Below are positions 44,355 through 58,600 of a stretch of DNA of 64,000 nt, piece by piece (position 1 is the first letter of the stretch; the number at the start of each line of letters is the position of its first letter). Below the pieces are notes generated by a model. That model worked only from the letters and a program-made list of their open reading frames with translations, made no database searches and had not been told where the DNA came from. This DNA comes from Tubulanus polymorphus (Eukaryota > Animalia > Nemertea). A program made the translations under genes and the position numbers. The stretch is taken from contig NC_134025.1 in the NCBI RefSeq assembly GCF_964204645.1, positions 10,230,001 through 10,294,000 on the forward strand, written 5' to 3'.

Positions 44355-44801
44355 TACAGTAGAACTCACTTGATTCGGATTGCTAGGGACTGTCCGGATT
44401 TGTCAGAATTATGAATAATAGTTTAGAATGGTTTCAGGTTTAACCCTTTCAGTGCTGGCTAATTAATACCCCATAGTGCTGAAGATAATTTGAAAATTCT
44501 GAAAAATTCCACCATTAGTGTGTTGAATAACGGGAATAGCACTCTAATGCGTCTACACCCTGGCGCGGTATATCGTTAGTTACTAATATTTCACTATGTT
44601 CGACAGGTGCTGCCATCTTTCAAGAGAGATAATTAGTAATTACTAATTAAATCAATACACCGCAGTGTGGTGTACTAGCAAAATTCATCACTGATTCTTT
44701 CACCGCACTGCGGTGTAGACGCACTGAAAGGGTTAATGGACCAAGTATGAAAGGAGTGAAAATCCGCTTTGAAAATTCCGATTCAAGCGAGTTCTACTGT
44801 A
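44355..44801. mobile_element. Tc1/mariner-pogo-like MITE (TA duplication, CAGT termini) hosting a family B insertion
   Basis: TA|cagtagaactcacttgattcgga ... tccgattcaagcgagttctactg|TA. Confidence 0.8.
44440..44736 (+). mobile_element. piggyBac-like MITE family B (~295 bp), nested in a pogo-like MITE
   Basis: TTAA|ccctttcagtgc ... gcactgaaaggg|TTAA. A TTAA duplication with CCCT termini is the piggyBac signature. Confidence 0.88.
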
Positions 44802-45179
44802 GTACGAATTATTTATAGTTTCCATGATCAGTCCCAAGTGAATGGAAGTTTCATTCTTATTTTGTTGTGATGATTTGTATAGAAAATTGACCAGGACGAC
44901 ATTCCTTGATTCTTTGATTATCAGAAAATTATTCGGTCCTCTTCGTTAACGTGGTTCTTTTTCTAAGGTTTCTCTCATGTAAAATGTCAGTGCCCGCTAC
45001 TGAATAATGTTGTAAATGAATGCGTTATTATGTCACTCGGTAGGGCATTTTGAATTTCTTCTTCAGACTCTGGGCACGCTACAAATGGCGTGTGATTTCC
45101 TCGAAAGTTAGCAAGTATGATGTTACTAGGTCCGTAGATAAAAGCTATCGAAAATCTAATTTCTTGCGCTTTCAAAATC

Positions 45180-45500
45180 CTTATCAGTGCTCTAGACACT
45201 ACAAATGATGAGGGTTTTTCTTGAAAGATGGTAACTATGTGCCTGAAAATCAACTTTCTCGCTATTCCAAAATGGCCACTGTGGAGGACATCTTGAATTC
45301 CTTGTTAGCACCCTACATACACTGAATTATGTGTACCGGTAATTTCTTTTAAACTTGATATGGTAGGCATAATGGGTTAGGCCCACCAATGACACCTAAT
45401 GAAAATCAAGTTTCATGTTCCAATATGGCCGCCATGAACATTTTGAATTCCTTGTCAGTGCACTAGACACTAAAAACGTAGTTCAATTTTCTAGAGAGTT
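45180..45500. repeat. Degenerate ~150-bp tandem units (Helentron/satellite-like)
   Basis: Recurring tgaaaatcaa..ttccaa.atggcc..cat.ttgaattccttgt.ag and cagtgc.ctagacacta. Confidence 0.5.
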
Positions 45501-46065
45501 GAACAACTGAATCAACTGCAGTGGACTTTTTAGTAGGGCTGTTTGAACTTAACCTTTGAGATGCCAAACGTGTTGCGCATTTAACTCCATGTCCTGTTCT
45601 GTCTCAGTTGCCTGTCCCATAGTGTTGTCGTTTAAGAGAGAACAGTTTTTGAAATTGAACTGGAAAGCTTTTGAGTTAACCCTGACGGAATGCACCAAAG
45701 TATATTTGGTTAGACTATTCTGCTTAGGAACTCTGGGTCACATAAATTTAATAGTTGCTTCAGACCTGTGAACAGTTGCCTGCAGGCTGTCACAGAGAGT
45801 GACTCTTCAGTATCCTTCAGCGCCATTACTGTGATAGTTTTCATTCGTCATTCTGCGCGTACTTAATTCATTACATTCAGTATTGTTTCTTCGCGACTGA
45901 AAGATCGCCAGCCTCTCCCCCTTGTCTTAGTCGGCGGTATTTCTCTCGAAATTTCTTTTTGTAATCGAAAAATATGGAGAAACAAAATATCTCTCGATGG
46001 ATGTATCTGTGGTACTGCGCAGACGTTACACGTATTTACATGCGTCATAATGGCCGCCTCAACTT

Positions 46066-46292
46066 GGGCGAAAAAAAAGATTGATACCTTTTGTTTCTCA
46101 TTTCTGCTGAGCTTAAAAGTTGACCCAGCCGGCAGCGTATCTACCCTGTACATTACTTTTATTTGAAAATCATGATCAAGCTAACCATAACAGACTCGGC
46201 AGTGATAGAAACGAACTGATTACAAAATTTATTGCGGTTTACTAAAGTGACTCGGCCAATTAGGAGAAACGAGGTATCATTTCATTTCAGCC
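46066..46292 (-). mobile_element. MITE family A copy 4
   Basis: Reverse-orientation match ending gagaaacgaggtatcatttcatttcagcc|taa. Confidence 0.85.
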
Positions 46293-47076
46293 TAAGCCAT
46301 TCGCGCTGAACTGCCGAACTGTGATGTCACGTGCACATCTACATCCATTCCTACATTATTTTTGATCTATATTATTATCCCATGTATTATGTCCTTGGAG
46401 TAATCTGACGCCAGTTTTAAGTGTCTTGCCGAATCGATCCCCGTGGTTGTTTTTTGTTGTTTCAGTGACGCGTGAAAATTGGATTTCTATCACAAATATC
46501 CGCGTAATCTCACTACTATATGCTAATGTACATGTATTACTACGATAGTGTGGCATTTTTCCTCTGTTTCTTGTGACATGTGGTCTGGTCTTCTCTATAT
46601 TGCTGTAACGAAAATTGTCTCGTACGAAAAAAACCTTGTTAAACATTTAACGATTGTAAATTTTATATAGAAATGTTTGGTGGCTGATGTTGAAGTAAAT
46701 ATACACTTTCCTGCTTTCACGATAATCAAATAGATTGTTTTTTTCTCTTGTGTAATATATATTTCTTCTCTTAAGGTTTGTTACGTTGTTCGAACTGCAG
46801 ATCGGCCAGTGATTTCCAAAATTAAGATAATCCGATATTGGCGATCGTAACCGGTACGTCGAGGATGAAAAAGAAAAATCTTTTTCGGAGATGGAATAAA
46901 TTTTCGATGAAACGTCGTTATATTCCCGCGATATCCCCCCCCCCCACCCGCGAGGAACCCTTTGGTTTGGACAAATATTTCTTGCTAATGCCAAGCTGAC
47001 CACGAATCAGTTCGGCCTAGAGACGTTTGGATCTGGAATGTGCGTAATTCATCATAGATTCTTGTTCAGAAGAAAT

Positions 47077-47293
47077 ACAACGGAACCTTGTAACAGCGGA
47101 CTTCATGGGACCGGAAAATCTGTTCGTTATTACCGATAGTTCGTCATATCGTGAACTCTAAAACGAATTTAGAGTCCATGTTTATATCCAGTATGAAAAT
47201 ATTCAAATTGTATTACCAGGGACGAAATTCTGTTAATTTGTTGTATCCGATGAATCGATGTATCCGAGTTCATTATAACGAGGTTGCACTGTA
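47077..47293. mobile_element. pogo/Tigger-like MITE
   Basis: ta-caacggaaccttgtaac ... ttataacgaggttgcactg-ta. Related ends at 47721 (cagcggaacctcgttacaacg), 24632 and 34400. Confidence 0.65.
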
Positions 47294-47573
47294 ATTCTAC
47301 ACTGACCACGAATCAGTTCGGCCTAGAGATCTACCTGGAATGCGCATAATCTTTCATAGATTCTTATCCAGAAACCACACTATCAGTGGCCCTGTGAAAT
47401 AAACCCATATCAATATAATATTCGATTAACATGCAAACATACAATATACATATATTTAGAAGGATGAAAATAATTTATCACAATTTACATAGAGAATAGG
47501 AACTTATTTATCACTTGACTTGAGTGAAATCAATTTGCAAGAAAAAAAGTTAAGTCTGATTGTTTAACATTCG

Positions 47574-50500
47574 TTAGGTATTGTCTTTCTTCGTGACCAT
47601 CGGAACCGTTTCGTTCGCGTTATCACCGAGGTTTTTGTAATTTATCTGTGAGACAACTAGTAACCTGAAAGTAGAAATAATGATGAATCGGTAGATCACA
47701 ATATTCGTGATAAAAAACAACACAGCGGAACCTCGTTACAACGAACTTCACGGGATCAGAAAATATGTTCGTTGTAACCCAGAGCTGCCAACAGTTCCTG
47801 ATTTTCAGTATTTGTTACTATCTTATAACAAGAAATGCTTTATTCAATTTGTTACTGATAGCACTTTTCAGAGGTTGGTAGAGGTTGGTAGATAACCGAT
47901 AGTTTCACGGGTGTTTACCTGTATATCATTAGAATATTCTCGGTAGAAGGTTCAGATAGTTAGATACATAAAAAGCGAAACCGTTTGGGTTTTTTATTAT
48001 GATGGACATTTACGTAACTGTATAGAGAATTTCATCGGAAAACTTACTTGACTCCGTACACAAGAATGACTATCGAACAGACAAGACCGACGACCGAATC
48101 TAAATACCAGATCGATGTATTCTCGTCGTATTCTATAGAGCTTATAACTATGGCTAAACCGATGATGAACCCGATAAATGAATTCAAAGCTGAAATTCGA
48201 AAGAACACAGTTTGTATGAGCAGATCTATACCTTCATGTTAAGTTTTCAGAGGGGGCGGATCCAATGGGGAAAGTGCAGAGGGTGCGCCCGGCTCAAAAT
48301 TGTCAAGTTATCCTGACACTTAATAGGAAAATGAAAAATATTAAACTGATACCTAAAAAAGTCTATATTCATCAGCTTCTCTGTTTAACCAAAAAATGAG
48401 TTAATATTTTCCGATCAGCTTTTTTCGGGGTGCCCTTTTAATTATATGATATGCCCTATTCCGAGGTGCACCCTGCCTGAATCAGACCATAGATCCGCCC
48501 CTGCAGCCTCCCTGCGCCTCAATTGACTTAATACATGCACCAACAAATGTAGTCGATATCCATAGAGAAGAATAGAAAAAAATGATACAAATGATTTTCA
48601 TGGACAAAGAAGGGTATTTTTCATCATCATAAAATCCGTTTCCCCCTGATAACTCATTTCACATCGTTTTGTTCGTCATAGGTATCGATCGATAATCGGC
48701 AATTCTATTGAACAGTAAAGCCGTCCACCAGAATAACAAACACTTATACAACATGTGTTATCAATGATGTTTGAAGAATTGTCTATAGTCTATTATCTAT
48801 GTATGAATATAAATGTTATCGTGAAGGATTGTTAACTATAGCATTCATTCATATGTAATTAAACCACCACCCATGACCGTTCTTACCGTCTGTTACCATT
48901 GCCGCACTTTCTATTTTGTAACCGATGAACAGCTTCATGCCGGCAAGTACGAAACATAGTATTGCGTTTATCAAACTCAAGTGCCAAATATTTGCATCCT
49001 AGACCGAAATGAAGGGATACGCGAGTAAAAATGTTGTATTATTTTGAACAAAATAAACGAATACGCTTTAGAACTGTAGATTCGTGGATATGTATGAATA
49101 ACCCGTATCGCACCGGGTCTTGGACTATGGAACGATCTCGGCCGTGGCAACATCTAGAGAAAGCGCATTCACCTAATATATTGAGCTGATAAACCATACA
49201 TGGTTCGCAAGATGGGTGTAATAAGAAACCAGAAAAATTACGCCGGACCCGAATCACTGGCTTATGGGTGTGTTTTTGTGCCAATGTGCCTTTAATACTT
49301 CATTTCAATATGCCTATGGGAATATGAATGATTAGTTAAATAACAGGGAATTGTTGGGGATACAGCGTCAAATCTAACGAATCAAATTTCAGTTCAAACA
49401 GGATTTGACTTATTTTACTCCAAAATGGTTAACTGTGATTGATCCGACCTTTGATAAGATAACTATGGTAAAAACTGGATTGGAGAACTGTTTTACACGT
49501 AAAGAAAATAACAAAACGTACCCGTGCGGTGTGAACTTGTACTATTAGATCGTGTAGTGATTTTATGAACGTTGATAAAAACGACAACAAAAACAAAACG
49601 CCGAGAATGATACATGCACTGTAAAAATATTACAAACAAAACAAGTAAACAACGATTTATATGGTCTATAGATTTGGCCCAGGGCCCGATTCGGGTTGGG
49701 CAGAATTAAGCGGTTTTCGCCGAATTTTTACTAAGGTAAAAGTGGTAAAAAACCCACGAAGACAAAACTAAGAGAGTATTAGATGTTTTGTACTCAACTC
49801 TACGAGCCATCAAAACTGAAAATGTTCCAAGGTTTTGAAATGTAGAAATATAGGATTGAGTCGAAATGTCAAATACTCTCTTAGTTTTTTCTTTACATTT
49901 GTGGGTTCAATGTTAATTTTGCCAAGGCCTTTCTCAACATTTAATCAAATTCTACTTTATAAATTAAAATATATTTCATTAATGATGTAAAGATATACGG
50001 TGTGTATACGACAAAATAGAACTTCCCCTTCACTCACACAACTTCTCGTTTCGACGCGTACATATCCTTTTCTTTACTGTGAAATCGCCACAAAACGACA
50101 GCAGAAGTAAAACAGTCCATGAACGAATTTATCTAAACCAGAAAAAAAAACCTGGTAAACCAAAATAAATCAATCATTTTTTAGGGAATCCGAAATCGAT
50201 TTCAACAAAGTTTCATTCTAAAAATTGAGGAATTATCTATCGTGCCTATGTTTGTCCCTATGTCACCCGCCAAATGTTGTGGAGGATGTTTTTTTTTTCT
50301 TTTTGTTAATTTTTTAAATTTTCTTTCCTGCAAATATTAATTCACATAATGCTTAATTTCTATAATTTATACAAATCTTCATTGATTAACATTTAACATC
50401 TGTCCTTCTGCTCTGCACCTTTCAGTGCTTCTATATACGTATATACGATTTTATTGCAATTTTGCGACAGTATAGTATTCAGTTGGCGAATTGATGAAAG

Positions 50501-51490
50501 TTTTTTTGTCGATAATTCTATTCGCGATATCTCACGAGTGTAATTCAATAAAATGTGCAGAGGCTATATCTCTTACCGCAAATGCATAGGACGCCGCACT
50601 GTTATCAAATATGGCCAGAACTGAAATGCATGTAATATATAGGCACTTAGATACTATGTGACAAATATCAATGACAAAAATATGGCATGAGAACGGACTA
50701 ATGATCATTAAATATAGATCAATTATCCTATAAACCACAGGCAACATTACGAGAACATTCGAGAGGGCGCGTAGATTTATTATCGTGGATTCTTTTTTTT
50801 TTGGAAATCACATTTTCATACCTAAAGTGAATATACCAATGACTAGCGTGACTACGATCGATGTATAGGACACGATCAACGCGGCGACCCTCATTTGATC
50901 GGCACCTTTCGTGTCGAGTTTGTGGCGACTTTTACCCCGTATCAGTTGATCTGAAATCATATTAATATAATCAATCATCAGAGTTGAATATGATCGCACG
51001 AACACCTGCTCCTTCACAAAATGACTATTTCATATGTCCGCGTATAATGTGTGCGTACATTATCAGTATGCGCGGCTAAAGAAAGATTGAAACTTTCAGA
51101 TATAAATCGAATGTGACTGACGAGAATGTAATTTTTCTCAAAATCAGATAAAGAGCTCTCGTGAGCGCCATTGATAATCTAATTCAGAAGTTCGATAAAA
51201 AGATATACAAGTTAGGCAAACTGGTGTAAAAGCATGTTATGATCAATGAACGAGGGGCCTTTCTTTCATAAGAGATTATAGTTCATGTTTTCTCCAATTA
51301 TAGAATTAATTAGAATTTATGACGTCATCTTGCAAGAGTTCTGATAGAGCTGGGAATTTCAATCCTCGTTACCTTTTTCGGACTTACTACGATCCCCTTT
51401 CTCGCTCTTCTCATCGCCTTCGTTTACGGCCGCTGCTCCTTTACCCTCGTCCACCTTGCTGCTGTTGTCATTCTCCCTATTTTGTGACAT
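47574..51490 (-). CDS. TMEM163: Transmembrane protein 163 (CDF-related zinc transporter)
   Basis: Exons ~51490-51373, 50950-50821, 50620-50576, 50133-50039, 49618-49522, ~49000-48887, 48189-48048, 47664-47574. They give MRVAALIVSYTSIVVTL, NSAASYAFA, SAVVLWRF, ACIILGVLFLLS, AMVTD, ALNSFIGFIIG, WYLDSVVG..YGVKLL, matching the TMEM163 order. Confidence 0.88.
48248..48503. mobile_element. GGGGCGGATC-ended MITE
   Basis: ggggcggatcca ... tagatccgcccctg. A related element lies at 21510-21768 (gaggcggatatagg ... cctaaatctgcccctg). Confidence 0.65.
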
Positions 51491-54400
51491 TTATATAGAT
51501 CGCGTGTGAATTAGAATGTGTGCACGAAATGGTAAGTGTAACGCCTCGCAACTACATGACAGTGTTCATCTGAAATAGGACGAAATGTCAAGTTTCTTCT
51601 GGCTCCCAAACCACTGATGTCATCATTATTGCGCTATATGTTTACATGAAATAAACACATTATGTAATATATATATAACATTCGCCTTTTAACTACGTTA
51701 TCGCCATATATATGGTAAAAACTCGCAGGTCAGAAAGTTGAAGACGAATTTCTCACTATCTAATATTGATCCGTGCGGATCTGGTCACTGTGATTCGAAT
51801 TGCAGAGCGCCAAAGGGTCCCTGGCATATAAATTGATGATGTACAAATTAGACTAGCATCAGCCAGGAGGTTTGGGCCAGTAACTTAATCCACGAATAGG
51901 TGGACCACGAATAGGTCTGTCTATATGTATAGGCCTATACATCTTTCTTTAAACTTGCAGTTTATAATTTGATTATGATTGAACAGTAATAGGCTTCAGT
52001 GTATTCAGCTGTCTCAACAATATGTATTTTCATTTTGATCATCCGCGTATCGTAGGCCTACACAATAAACGAAATATCTTATCTATATCCGTTATGAGCA
52101 ATATCATTACCATGACCATCTTACAGGACCACGCGGTAGAAATAGAGACCATAATTCTGAATATGTTACCAGCAATTCAACTGATAAGCGTAAAAATGTA
52201 AAGTAATAGATGCTATTAAAATTCAGTCTTTATGAATTTTTAATGCTATGTATGCTTTAATGTATACGTAAGTGTATTTGGATTCTTTTAATAAAAGGTT
52301 TGAACGTTGGTTTCTGAAAATAAAGACTCGATATTAAAGTAGAGCATACGCAATATTTTTTAAAGTCATTAATTCATTTTTAATTCATTTAAGACAAACA
52401 ATCATCAAGAATCTTGTGGCTGTTGCGGCCGCATTTGTACTGTTCTTTTTTCTTTTTCATGAATAGTAATTTATTTGCATAAATCAATGCGTATGTATAC
52501 GCTCAAGCGCTCGATGAATAGCGAAACAAAAAACTAATTATTTCGATTTCATCGCGCGCTGTACGCAGGTTTTGATGACATAAAATCTACATTAACAAAG
52601 CGCGTCCATGTGTGTGTATTGCGTCTCGTTTCCGCAGTTAGTCTGGTGATATGGATCTTTCATTACGATGCGGCCTATCGATAATTTGACAATCTGGTGG
52701 TCCAACCGTAAAAATTGATATTTGGATGTATGATTTCATGAGGTTCTAATATCCTCATCGGATTTTTGTGATTTTGTTCGCTTTTACAATACTTGGCTTT
52801 TCTATAATCAAGTTCTAAAATTATGATGATTACGGCGTCGTAATGTATTTAAAAAAATACGCGCAGTCCCTTATCGGTTGGAATCAAACTGTTTGTAGGC
52901 GCCAACTCAAAGTTTACACGCACATTGTCTATTCATTACAGTCCATATTAATTTTTGCAACTTAAATTACAAAGGAATACATGTATATACCTACTTAAAT
53001 TTCAAAGGACTACACCTCACCTCAGCTTTTCAAATTATAATACACTATGTGGTTTGCTTTCTACATAATTTTATTTGAAGCATTTGCGTACATCTATTCC
53101 ACTTATCTTCAATTGTGGCGTACGAGTCCCATCTCGGTAATCAAAACGTTTAAGTCTGAATCTTACTAATCCCATCCGATTCTGATAATAAAATCCCACG
53201 ATATTTACATTAGATTCTACTTCGATAACGGATGGATAAAGTTGTTTACAAGTGATAAAGCTTTGAATAACGACTATCGATATCGAATGTAAAAAAACTA
53301 GTTAAATTTGCGCCATCGACTTAATGAAAGAAACCCTGCTATTGGATCTAATCACGGATCATTCATGTTTGTCGTAGCCTCAGAGAAATTTGGAATGTTA
53401 TAGTTTATTGCACGTGTTTCCTCGCCTCAATTTTGCGAGTATCTCAAGTAATTGCGGAACGCGTGTTTAACAGAGTTGAAATGAGTTAAGTCTGTGCAGC
53501 CGATCCTGGAACCAGTTTGTGGATGCGGAAGATGGGCTCAACTCTTGTAATCATGATAACTCATTTTTTATTTGATTTACGTTTACGTGGATTTTGATAG
53601 TTGAGAAAATTGAACAGCTGAATGAAGTAGCAGTGAGAGCCTTCAGGGAGAGGCGCACTCCCAAAGGGCATATCTTAAAATCAAAAAACAAAATAAACTC
53701 ATTTTTGGAAATAAAGAGATAAAGGTTATGGATTTAAACATGTTTAGGCATCAGTTTAAGTTCAATTTACATGTATTTCATTTTGCCGTAAAATTCCTGG
53801 GCAACTTGATATTTTCAGGGGGGATTGCGCAGCCCCTGCACCCTCCCCTTGGATCCATGATAATGATAATGATGATATCTAATGACAACTTTTCATTCTC
53901 AAAAATCTAAGATTCGGACAAATTGGAACTAAAGCTTGATTAGCTTTGTGGGGCCTGGGACGAGGAGGAAATAGCACCCTCCTAAAAACTGGGCATATAA
54001 ATGAGAAAAATAAAAAAGCACAAATATAACATACCTCGGAAGAAAATGTAACCGAATAGTCAACCCGTTGTTCTCGTGTCTATGTGATAAATCGGAATGA
54101 ATTTAGTATGAACCGAGTTCACGATTTAGCAATGATTATTATGATAACGCTTGTGCAAGCAGTAACAATTGCGTGGCGTGGCTCTCGAGAGACGCGGACA
54201 GATGTTTAGCTGTTCATCAAAATGGCTTAGATCGATTTCCTCCTCGCCCAGGACACCTGTCATATCCGAAACTATTCCAATTTCGTCGTTCAAATAATTA
54301 CAATTTGTGGCATAAGGCTTAATCCGGTGTCAATCGATCGAATTGCTTATATTGATCGATCGTTAATGAACAGAATATGAGATTTTTCAAAACGCATTCA

Positions 54401-55635
54401 TCTAAATCAGTGGAAAAAAAAGTTCTATGGATAGGCCTACCCGGTGGGCAAGAGTGTGCTTTATCAGTAATTCGTTTGTCCCCACAGTTGCAGGGGCTCT
54501 AAAGGGGCCTAAATGCACGCCTTTTATGATGTTGATGCAATTCAGTCTTTTTATCGCCCTACTGGTCGGTATACGACAGAATATTGGTTAGTCGCCCCGG
54601 GGTCTCTAGCTCGTCGATGTTATAAAGTTGGATAGTCCCACGACTTATTTTTGTACAAACCAATCTATTAAAACGCTGAATAAAAAATCTGATTCAAACT
54701 AATTTTTTGACCTGATCAGGCCTTCTGATGTGTTCACAACGTTCCCTATTTCTTGATTGGAAAGCTACACATCTGAAAGGCGCATTATTCTGAAAATAAA
54801 ATCTCCTCTAGCAATTTAACATAATGCGGAAAAACACTTACACACAGTGTTCACACCTATACGGTTCCTCTTTAAATGAGTGATGAAATATTTCAACTTA
54901 CCATTACACGAACATTCATATTCATATTTAATAGGCTAGCCTATAGTAACGGAGCTATGATAGACCTGCAGACCTAAGCCTAATTTTTTTTCAGTAATTC
55001 TGTCAATAGCTTTACTGAGTCTCGACCTGTAGAAAGCACAGTCGAGGGCTCTCCGCTTTAAGAGCAACATAATCTAGTAAAACTTGACACGATTTTGTGT
55101 TTTTTATTTTGTAGTAGGCCTAGGGCCTACATGTCTAGCTTACCCATATTCAATTCGACGTTATATAGCAAGCAAGCTGTCGTGACGATATTTCAATTAA
55201 TCAAACATCTATTATTAGTAGGACAGTAACAATTCACCTGGCGTTGAGACTTTAGATATTGAGGAAAAAATCATTCCTATGATTTTCCATCAAGCATTAT
55301 CTATACCGAGTAATCTGAGACCAGCAATAGAACGGTCCTTTTCCCAGGATTCGAATTTTTCCAACGGGGCCGCTGTAGCAACTGAATTGAATTGTTGAAA
55401 GTCTGTTGGATGAAAAAAGGGGATCCAGATGAATAAGAACAATGATCAGCTCGTCAGTTCATCATTATTCATCTAAAAAGTGACGAACACCAGTAGTTTA
55501 ATATATAAGATGAAAAAGTGAATAATAAATCGCGAAAATCAAATATGGACCTTCTAGTGATTTTGTAATGAAGTTGAAATCGGGATTCGATCCCGCGAAT
55601 ATGTAGTCTCCAACTGTGGTAAGCGAGTATTCAAA

Positions 55636-58600
55636 ATGGCGCTGTCCATGAGCCGACTATTCTGGTGTTCTACGAGGAAATTTCATCGCTTAAATTCGCC
55701 AACCAGACTGGCAAATCGTTTATTACAATTCAGGTTCTTATTTTATTTAGAAATTCACCCAGGTGTAATATCTGAGGGTCCTAACAATGTTTGTTTAAGG
55801 CCAAGTCGCGAGTAAACCTCCCGTGTAAGGATTGTCATGTCAAAAAACAAAAGGCAAGCTTTTTCGCCTTTTTTAAAAGAAAATAGTCCCTACAAAATTG
55901 TACCCCAAAATGAGGAAGGCAACTTTTTGTGGGGTGCAATTTTGAAGGTAGTAGGTAAGCCTACAACTGTCTACAGATTGTTTCATTGCACCCCCAGCTT
56001 CCGCCCAGTTACCTATAGCATAGGCCTATGCCGGTACATTAGGCTATTGTATGGATGTCTGTCCAAAGGGACTGAATTATAATACTATGTGCGATTATCT
56101 TTTATGACATCTAGGTTTTACTGTCAAAATGAAATCGATTCGAAAACCAATAAAACAGCATCCTCCCCTGCTGCGGCTGCACCATCAAAATCGTCGCCGC
56201 AGACTGCAGATTCTACCTCGAAAAAGATTGAAATAAAGTCGAAGAAGAAGCAAACTTTCAAGCAATTCGCGATTACTAAATACATGTCTTATGTCACTTG
56301 GTATATAGAGGTATTCCTCGAAAAACGCTTCCCAACTGCGTCAAATATGTTTAAAGTATTCAAGATCGGTAAGTTGATTAGTTGCTCTGTAGCCTACTAT
56401 ACTATCCTGTACTATGTTACTATGACCTGTAATTGGTGGTATTACTTATCCAAAGCTGTAAGCTATAACGAAAGGTATTTAAAAAGCTCAAGCCATTTAT
56501 AGGTCCGCTAAGATACTAGGGCTGAATAAATGTGAAAATATCCAAAATTATTAAACTAAACCACAGTCAGGTTACTGCTGACTAAATGTACTTACTTTGG
56601 AGGGAACTGAATCTGATGGCATCATGAGGGAGAATCTGCCCTAGTTATACGGGTGCGCAGCTAGAAATCGTTTTTCCTTTCAAGCAGAGCAGATAAGAAT
56701 TATAAAAATCAGATTGGGTTTCCTTTTTGAATTGCAAATCTACTATAGCAGGATTTGTAAAATATGAGTATCTAGATGCCATCAGGCCCAAAGCCCACAT
56801 TGAAAGATGGTATTGTACAGGAAACTGAAACTAACCTATTCAATGATGTCAAATTTCAGGAATAAAAGATTTCTTCAACGATTTCAAAGAATTCTATAAA
56901 GTGTCAGTTGGGGTTTGGTCGGCGACACCGCTGAATACATTTACCTGGCGACAACTTGATGCATATCGCAAGGTAAATCATTTAAATCGTTTGATGACCC
57001 AGGGAATTGTGGCCACAAATTACTAACTTAAAACATCCCTTGAACTTCTTCCGTTCATTTACCTTTTTAGTCCCCTTTAGAGTAAAGCTATCACATTCAG
57101 TTCCTAGAATCAACTTTTACACACTTTGGAGAATTATTTTTTGTTGATACTAATTTTAACGATAATTCATAGAAAATGTCATGAGTCTTGACATTTTCTA
57201 TAATTGTGATCAGTTTCAAGGTCATTGGATTCTGCGTTTGTTCACCAGGGAGCGTTGAATATTGAAATAATGAGATTGTCAAGCATTTCACCAAGTGGAC
57301 ATCGGTTTCCCTGAACCCCTTGTTTGATTTTTAGATGCCAAGAGATATGCTGAAAGTTGCCCCAGTTCTACTTATTTCTGCTCTACCTTTCGGACCATAT
57401 TTCATTTTCCCGATTGCGTAAGTAAACAGTGCTACTCAGGTGTCGAATTCGCACTTTTGATTCATTGTCCTATATCTTGCCAAAATCTATTCAATTATGT
57501 TTGAAAATAGTAAAACAAGTTTTAGATTTTCTTCTTTTCTCGGATGTTCCAGATATTTTTTCCCGAGGTTTCTGCTGTCTCGTCAGTTTTGGACGGCCGA
57601 TCAGGAACGGGATTTTACGCTGCGTACATTAAAGCACCGGCTTCATCATTATCGCGCAATCTGCAACGCGTTGCACGTTAACACCGAAACCATTCCGAAA
57701 CCATTGCAAGACGAATTCTGGAGTATCCTAGAAAAGGTTCGTAGCAAGATTAGCTTTATGTGCGTAATATAGGCTCAACTGAACCTCTCCATGGACCTAT
57801 ATACCGCCACCACCACCAATTGCAATGGTCGCTCCCTATTGTAATGGTGTGTGAGTTTCATCTTTTATCATTGTGTAGCCCTGTATAAATCATGGTTCCC
57901 ACAGTACAGGTTAATTATGGGAAAAACTTTGTAAATTTAAAATACGTAATATTCTTCTGTTCTGTTTGGAAATGTTTGGGATTTTGATTGTTGTCCAATC
58001 CAGGAAATATTTAGTGAATTCATTTTACACAACGAGTAGTATAGTTCTGGGATGCCCAAGGGCAAGTATGCTTCTTAAGAAATCTTTCTTGAAAATCACA
58101 TTTTTATTGACTGTAGTATGATGGACGATGGTGTATGAAATTTCCATTTGGGAAAATTGCAAAATTACCTATGAACTATTTGGGAAAAACTTGGGAAGCC
58201 ACTTTTATAACTATAACTGTGGGAACCATGTTAAATGGATCATCTGCTACCCACTACAAATAGATTGTGGGGTTAAAATCAACTTGGTGATTTTTCAATT
58301 TCAGCTCGAAAGCGGTCAACATCCGTCGACAGAAGAGATATTAGATCTTAAACCAATGTTCAAGGCTGAACCTTTCAGCCTCGATGAAATCAGTTTAACT
58401 TATTCGGTGAGTTCAATTCCCCATTAATGAATCTATAATTTCATAGGAAAATGTTTTTCTATGTTAAGAAATGCATACTCTACTGTATCTACAATTTACA
58501 ATCAATTTGTTAAACAGATATCTCAAAAACCATTTCTTCAGCTTCTTCGAAATCTCCATTTCAGAGGCATCTTTCGAAGAGTATGGGTATGCCACTCTTT

